The position numbers were made by a program, and so were the translations under genes. From contig CAZWKR010000001.1 of the NCBI GenBank assembly GCA_964634215.1, positions 128,603-192,602 on the forward strand: a stretch of DNA of 64,000 bases, given 5' to 3'. The stretch comes from an uncultured bacterium (GTDB taxonomy: Bacteria > Fidelibacterota > Marinisomatia > Marinisomatales > JAHJCW01). Shown piece after piece: positions 60,077 through 64,000 of this stretch; the stretch's first letter is position 1, and each line of letters begins with the position of its first letter. Under the pieces are notes generated by a model that saw only the letters and a program-made list of their open reading frames with translations, was not told the origin of the DNA and did not search any database.

Positions 60077-61121
60077 AAAAAAGAAAAAATATAAATTAGC
60101 AGATTTTAATTATTCACTACCGAATAAATTTATCGCAGAATATCCTGCGACACGCCGTGACCAGTCTAAATTATTAGTGCTTCATCGTGATACCGGGGAA
60201 ATAGAGCATAAAAAATTCCATGAAGTAACCGATTATATGCGGAAAAATGATCTACTACTGTTAAATAATACAAAAGTATTTCCAGCACGTTTATTCGCTA
60301 CGAAAGATAGAACAGAAGCTAAAGTGGAAGTGTTTTTACTGCGTGAATTAAATGAGGACTTGTGGGAAGTTATGGTTCGCCCTGCCCGCAAAGTTCGCAT
60401 TGGTAATAAATTGGAATTGGCGCCAAATGTATTTTGTGATGTAATCGACAATACTGTGTCCGGCGGACGTGTAGTCAGATTTGAGCACGAAGGTGATGAT
60501 ATATATTCTATAATTGAGCGAATCGGTATTTCACCGTTGCCTCCTTATATAAAACGTGAGTCTGAGAAAAAAGACAAAGTTCGCTATCAAACAGTTTATG
60601 CTAATAGAAGGGGAGCCGTGGCAGCTCCGACGGCAGGATTGCATTTTACTCAGGGATTATTGGATAAAATTGACCGCAAGGGCGTAAAAATGGAGAAACT
60701 AACCCTACATATTGGATTAGGAACATTTCGTCCGGTGCAAGTTGAAGACTTAAACCGCCATCAGATGGATTCAGAATATTTTGAAGTATCACCGGAAGCA
60801 GCAATGGCAATAAATACAACGCGCAAGAAACGCCGTAAAGTAATCGGAGTAGGTACCTCAACTGTGCGTGCGATCGAAACAGTAGCAGTGTCAGGATTTC
60901 AAGTAAGTCCAAAGCGTGGGTGGACGGATAAGTTTATTTATCCACCATATAATTTTAAAATGATTGATGCTCTGGTCACCAACTTTCATCAGCCTCAGAG
61001 TACATTATTAATGATGGTGAGCGCATTTGCTGGTCGAGATCTAATATTAAAAGCCTATCAAGAAGCCAAGAAAAATGACTATCGCTTTTTAAGTTATGGT
61101 GACGCGATGTTAATTCTATAG
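60069..61121 (+). CDS. queA: S-adenosylmethionine:tRNA ribosyltransferase-isomerase
   Basis: 350 aa. LADFNYSLP...IA.YP...[25 protein letters not shown]. Confidence 0.93.
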   Translation: MIEKKKKYKLADFNYSLPNKFIAEYPATRRDQSKLLVLHRDTGEIEHKKFHEVTDYMRKNDLLLLNNTKVFPARLFATKDRTEAKVEVFLLRELNEDLWEVMVRPARKVRIGNKLELAPNVFCDVIDNTVSGGRVVRFEHEGDDIYSIIERIGISPLPPYIKRESEKKDKVRYQTVYANRRGAVAAPTAGLHFTQGLLDKIDRKGVKMEKLTLHIGLGTFRPVQVEDLNRHQMDSEYFEVSPEAAMAINTTRKKRRKVIGVGTSTVRAIETVAVSGFQVSPKRGWTDKFIYPPYNFKMIDALVTNFHQPQSTLLMMVSAFAGRDLILKAYQEAKKNDYRFLSYGDAMLIL

Positions 61122-61123
61122 GA

Positions 61124-61816
61124 ATGAATAAAGAATATCAAATTGGTGCTATTATTGTTGCAGCAGGTTCCGGGTTAAGGTTTGGCGAAAGAAAACAGTT
61201 CAAGAAACTAGGAATAAAACCATTATATTTATATTCTTTGCAAAAATTTATTGATTGTAATTCAGTTAGTGAAGTTGTTTTGGTAGTTCCGGGGGATTTG
61301 CAAAGCACAATTTCAAATGAAGTATCTACGTTAAGTTTTCAAATAAATGTAGTCGAGGGTGGAAAACTAAGGCAAGATTCTGTTTTGGCAGGAATGGAAG
61401 GACTGTCGGATAATTGTGATATAGTTTGCGTACATGATGCAGCTAGACCATTTGTTACCATTGATCTAATTCAAAAAGCAATTAACGCCTGTGAAAACAA
61501 TGATGGTGCTGTTGTTGCAATACCATCACACGATACTGTAAAAGAGGTTATTGCAAACAATTATCGCATTAAAAGAACAATTCCACGTGAAACAATTTGG
61601 CTAGCCCAAACACCACAAACATTTCATCGAAGTCAATTGAAGAAAGCGTTGCTTTATGCCAGAGATAGTGAAATCCAGGTTACAGATGAAGCAACATTGC
61701 TGGAATCGTTGGAATACTCAATTGTTGTTGTTGAGGGTAAAGAGGATAATTTCAAGATTACAACATCAAAGGATTGGAAGCTTGCAGAATTAATATTGGA
61801 GAGAAATAATGATTAG
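61124..61816 (+). CDS. ispD: 2-C-methyl-D-erythritol 4-phosphate cytidylyltransferase
   Basis: 230 aa. IIVAAGSGLRFG..KQF, VHDAARPF, QTPQTF. Confidence 0.9.
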   Translation: MNKEYQIGAIIVAAGSGLRFGERKQFKKLGIKPLYLYSLQKFIDCNSVSEVVLVVPGDLQSTISNEVSTLSFQINVVEGGKLRQDSVLAGMEGLSDNCDIVCVHDAARPFVTIDLIQKAINACENNDGAVVAIPSHDTVKEVIANNYRIKRTIPRETIWLAQTPQTFHRSQLKKALLYARDSEIQVTDEATLLESLEYSIVVVEGKEDNFKITTSKDWKLAELILERNND

Positions 61817-62282
61817 AACGGGAATCGGCTATGATGTGCATCAACTAGCTGAAGATAGAAAATTAATTATTGCCGGTATTGCAATTCCAGGTGAAAAAGG
61901 TTCTGTCGGCCATTCCGATGGAGACGCCCTTTCACATGCCATTATTGATGCCATATTAGGTGCAGCAAGCCTGGGTGACCTTGGCGATTATTTTCCAAGT
62001 GAGGATGATAAATGGAAAGACGCTAATAGTTTAGATCTGTTATCAGAATCCATTAAAAAAGTTATATCTGAAGGATATACAATTAATAATGTTGATAGTG
62101 TTGTTATCATTCAAGAACCTAAACTAAAGAAATATATTTTCCAAATACGTGAAAATTTAGCTAGGACTATCGGAGTTCCAATAGATTACATATCGGTAAA
62201 GGCGACAACAGTTGACCACTTGGGCGCCATTGGTGCTGGTGAAGGTTGGGCCTCTCAAGCAATCGCAACAATCTCCAAATAA
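61809..62282 (+). CDS. ispF: 2-C-methyl-D-erythritol 2,4-cyclodiphosphate synthase
   Basis: 157 aa. IGYDVH, GHSDGDAL.HAI.DA.LGA. 8-bp overlap with ispD. Confidence 0.93.
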   Translation: MIRTGIGYDVHQLAEDRKLIIAGIAIPGEKGSVGHSDGDALSHAIIDAILGAASLGDLGDYFPSEDDKWKDANSLDLLSESIKKVISEGYTINNVDSVVIIQEPKLKKYIFQIRENLARTIGVPIDYISVKATTVDHLGAIGAGEGWASQAIATISK

Positions 62283-62286
62283 CCAT

Positions 62287-63132
62287 ATGGATTCCATTGA
62301 TCTAAAAGCTCATGCCAAAGTCAATATTGGTTTACAAGTTAAAGATCAGCGTGAAGATGGGCTTCACAATATACATACCGTATTTCAAGAACTTGAACTG
62401 CATGATGAAATATTGCTTGAGAAACAACCAAGTGATTGGAACATTAAAATAAACGACTCAACAATCCCAACGGATGAAAGCAATACTTGTATTCAAGCTT
62501 ACTTGTCAATAAAAAAACAATTCCCTGAAATTGATGGAATTTCCATTGTATTAAAAAAAACGGTACCGTCCGGTGCCGGATTAGGCGGTGGTTCTAGTGA
62601 TGCTGCAACGGCATTAAGGGGATTGAGGCAACTGTATAACCTACCGCTGGATAACAGTCAACTTTCAGATATAGCTGTAAGTATAGGAGCAGATGTTTCG
62701 TTCTTCATTGCCGGTGGCACTCAAATAGGAAATGGTATCGGTGATATTCTTTCACCGGTAAGTAATTCTATTAAAGGATTTTATTTATTAATTATTCCCG
62801 ATATTTTTATTAGCACAGCGTGGGCATATAATGCATTGAAAAAAGACTTGAAGGATGACATAGACAGACCTAACTTTGCGCACTTTTTAGAGAGTAATAA
62901 TATCTCTAATGTGATATTTGATAATGATTTTGAACGAATTGTGATTCCAACATATCCAAAAATTGGTGATATTAAGAAAGGTCTTTTGGAGGCCGGTGCA
63001 AGTTATGCCAGTTTGTCGGGAAGTGGCTCGACTGTGTTTGGTATATTTGACAAGGAAGCTAAAGCAAAACAAGCTGAGTCTCATTTCCAAAAACAGTATC
63101 AAACCTTCCTTACCAGACCAACCAATATTTAA
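62287..63132 (+). CDS. ispE: 4-diphosphocytidyl-2-C-methyl-D-erythritol kinase
   Basis: AHAKVNIGLQV, GHMP-kinase motif PSGAGLGGGSSDAA. Start set to the ATG at 62287, since the track start at 62212 lies inside ispF. Confidence 0.9.
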   Translation: MDSIDLKAHAKVNIGLQVKDQREDGLHNIHTVFQELELHDEILLEKQPSDWNIKINDSTIPTDESNTCIQAYLSIKKQFPEIDGISIVLKKTVPSGAGLGGGSSDAATALRGLRQLYNLPLDNSQLSDIAVSIGADVSFFIAGGTQIGNGIGDILSPVSNSIKGFYLLIIPDIFISTAWAYNALKKDLKDDIDRPNFAHFLESNNISNVIFDNDFERIVIPTYPKIGDIKKGLLEAGASYASLSGSGSTVFGIFDKEAKAKQAESHFQKQYQTFLTRPTNI

Positions 63133-63162
63133 TGTTGTTATTATAATACCCAAAAATAATTT

Positions 63163-63233
63163 TGGGGCGTCGTCTAATGGTAGGACACCTGGTTTTGGTC
63201 CAGGCAGTTGGGGTTCGACTCCCTACGCCCCAG
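63163..63233 (+). tRNA. tRNA-Gln (anticodon UUG)
   Basis: A 71-nt cloverleaf folded by hand. Acceptor tggggcg/cgcccca, D-stem gtct/ggac, anticodon stem cctgg/ccagg with loop ttTTGgt, and T-arm tgggg-ttcgact-cccta. No encoded CCA. Confidence 0.88.
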
Positions 63234-63240
63234 CATAATT

Positions 63241-64000
63241 ATGAAGAATAAAAAATTAAAAATATTTGCCGGTCGAAGTAATCCGGAACTAGCAAAAAAA
63301 ATTGCTGATAACCTTGGGAAACCATTAGGCGATATGTCCATCAAGACATTTGCCGATGGTGAAATATGGGTTAAATATGAAGAAAATATTCGTGGTCGTG
63401 ATGTTTATCTTATTCAGTCGACAAACAGCCCTGCTGAAAATATAATCGAGCTATCGTTAATGATTGATGCGGCAGTTAGAGCTTCTGCAGAGCGCGTAAC
63501 AGTTGTTATACCATATTTTGGATACAGTAGACAGGATCGAAAAGATAAACCGCGCGTTCCTATTTCATCTCGTGTAATGATCGATATAATTTCTGTGATG
63601 GGAGTGGATAGAATTATTTCTATGGATTTGCACTCAACTCAGATTCAGGGTTTTGCTAAAGTTCCGTTTGATGCATTATATAGCAGATTAGTTCTATTGG
63701 AAGAAATTAAAGCGATTGGTTTAGATTCTGAAAATACGGTAGTGTTATCCCCGGATGTAGGATCGGCAGCAATGAGTCAAGCATATGCCAAACGACTAGG
63801 TATGGATTTTGCATTAATTGAAAAAAGACGTACGGGTCATAACCGCTCAAAAGCAGTACATTTGATCGGTGAACTAAATAACCAGCATGTCTTAATAATA
63901 GATGACATAATTGATACTGCAGGAACAGCTATAAATGCCGCTGAAAAGGCGGTGGAAAATGGAGCTCTTTCGGTGACTATGATAGGTACACACGCCTTAC
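63241..64000 (+). CDS. prs: Ribose-phosphate pyrophosphokinase (PRPP synthetase), N-terminal ~253 aa; runs off the window
   Basis: Hand translation from ATG at 63241: MKNKKLKIFAGRSNPELAKKIADNLG...FADGEIWVKYEENIRGRDVYLIQST...ITVVIPYFGYSRQDRK, the canonical Prs. It is absent from the ORF track because no stop lies in the window. Confidence 0.92.
   Translation, partial: MKNKKLKIFAGRSNPELAKKIADNLGKPLGDMSIKTFADGEIWVKYEENIRGRDVYLIQSTNSPAENIIELSLMIDAAVRASAERVTVVIPYFGYSRQDRKDKPRVPISSRVMIDIISVMGVDRIISMDLHSTQIQGFAKVPFDALYSRLVLLEEIKAIGLDSENTVVLSPDVGSAAMSQAYAKRLGMDFALIEKRRTGHNRSKAVHLIGELNNQHVLIIDDIIDTAGTAINAAEKAVENGALSVTMIGTHAL

Noticed and set aside
63241-64000. prs (PRPP synthetase) as a dedicated supplier for the arabinose-donor cluster 4 kb upstream
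   Set aside because: prs is a universal housekeeping gene, and the ispE-(tRNA)-prs adjacency is a widespread conserved arrangement. Five unrelated genes separate it from the cluster.
1-64000. Mobile elements, prophage, CRISPR arrays, toxin-antitoxin or defence islands
   Set aside because: No transposase, integrase or Cas-like ORFs were seen. There are no long direct or inverted DNA repeats and no spacer-repeat arrays. The single tRNA (Gln) is not flanked by integrase or repeat scars.

Overview
AT-rich, gene-dense (about 60 genes, intergenic gaps mostly under 180 bp) chromosomal segment of a Gram-negative bacterium that uses clear Shine-Dalgarno sites and the standard code. I cannot assign a taxon. 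No mobile elements, CRISPR arrays, rRNA genes or obvious pseudogenes were seen.

Gene content, left to right:
- **Replication-origin neighbourhood:** mfd (partial at the window edge; found by hand translation, absent from the ORF track), mnmG, mnmE, yidC, yidD and rpmH on the minus strand. These diverge from dnaA and ssb on the plus strand, with two perfect tandem DnaA boxes at the dnaA start.
- **Metabolism and envelope:** an acyltransferase, DMT transporters, an M1 metallopeptidase, and a split eukaryote-type lysine-ketoglutarate reductase / saccharopine dehydrogenase pair. Next come ALDH3-like and aldo-keto reductase genes, an Smr protein, a tryptophanase-family lyase, ppdK and a plant-type glutamate-cysteine ligase. 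Then a 5x95-aa Ig-like repeat lipoprotein with a small OMP, sdhCAB (single diheme cytochrome b), and a nickel superoxide dismutase.
- **A 12-gene minus-strand block:** fabA, ychF, a GnnA-like oxidoreductase, an ICMT/LmtA-like methyltransferase, lpxB, DUF374, lpxK, ctpA, exbB, exbD, exbD and tonB.
- **Remainder:** an atypical enoyl-ACP reductase, an acyl-CoA dehydrogenase, MFS and DMT transporters, yqgE, uvrA, ruvB, queA, ispD, ispF, ispE, tRNA-Gln and prs (partial).

Most interesting findings:
- **53295-58931:** a GT-C-like polytopic membrane protein followed by a HAD::UbiA fusion, a DprE1-like FAD oxidase and a DprE2-like SDR. This looks like a complete mycobacterial-type polyprenyl-phospho-D-arabinofuranose donor pathway, in a lipid A-containing organism and with an unknown acceptor.
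- **41441-43014:** a possible Leptospira-like lipid A modification pair.
- **34211-34687:** NiSOD with a Sec-like leader and no adjacent sodX.
- **7601-7609:** no rnpA at the canonical rpmH-yidD junction.

All functional calls rest on motif and family recognition by eye, not on database searches.
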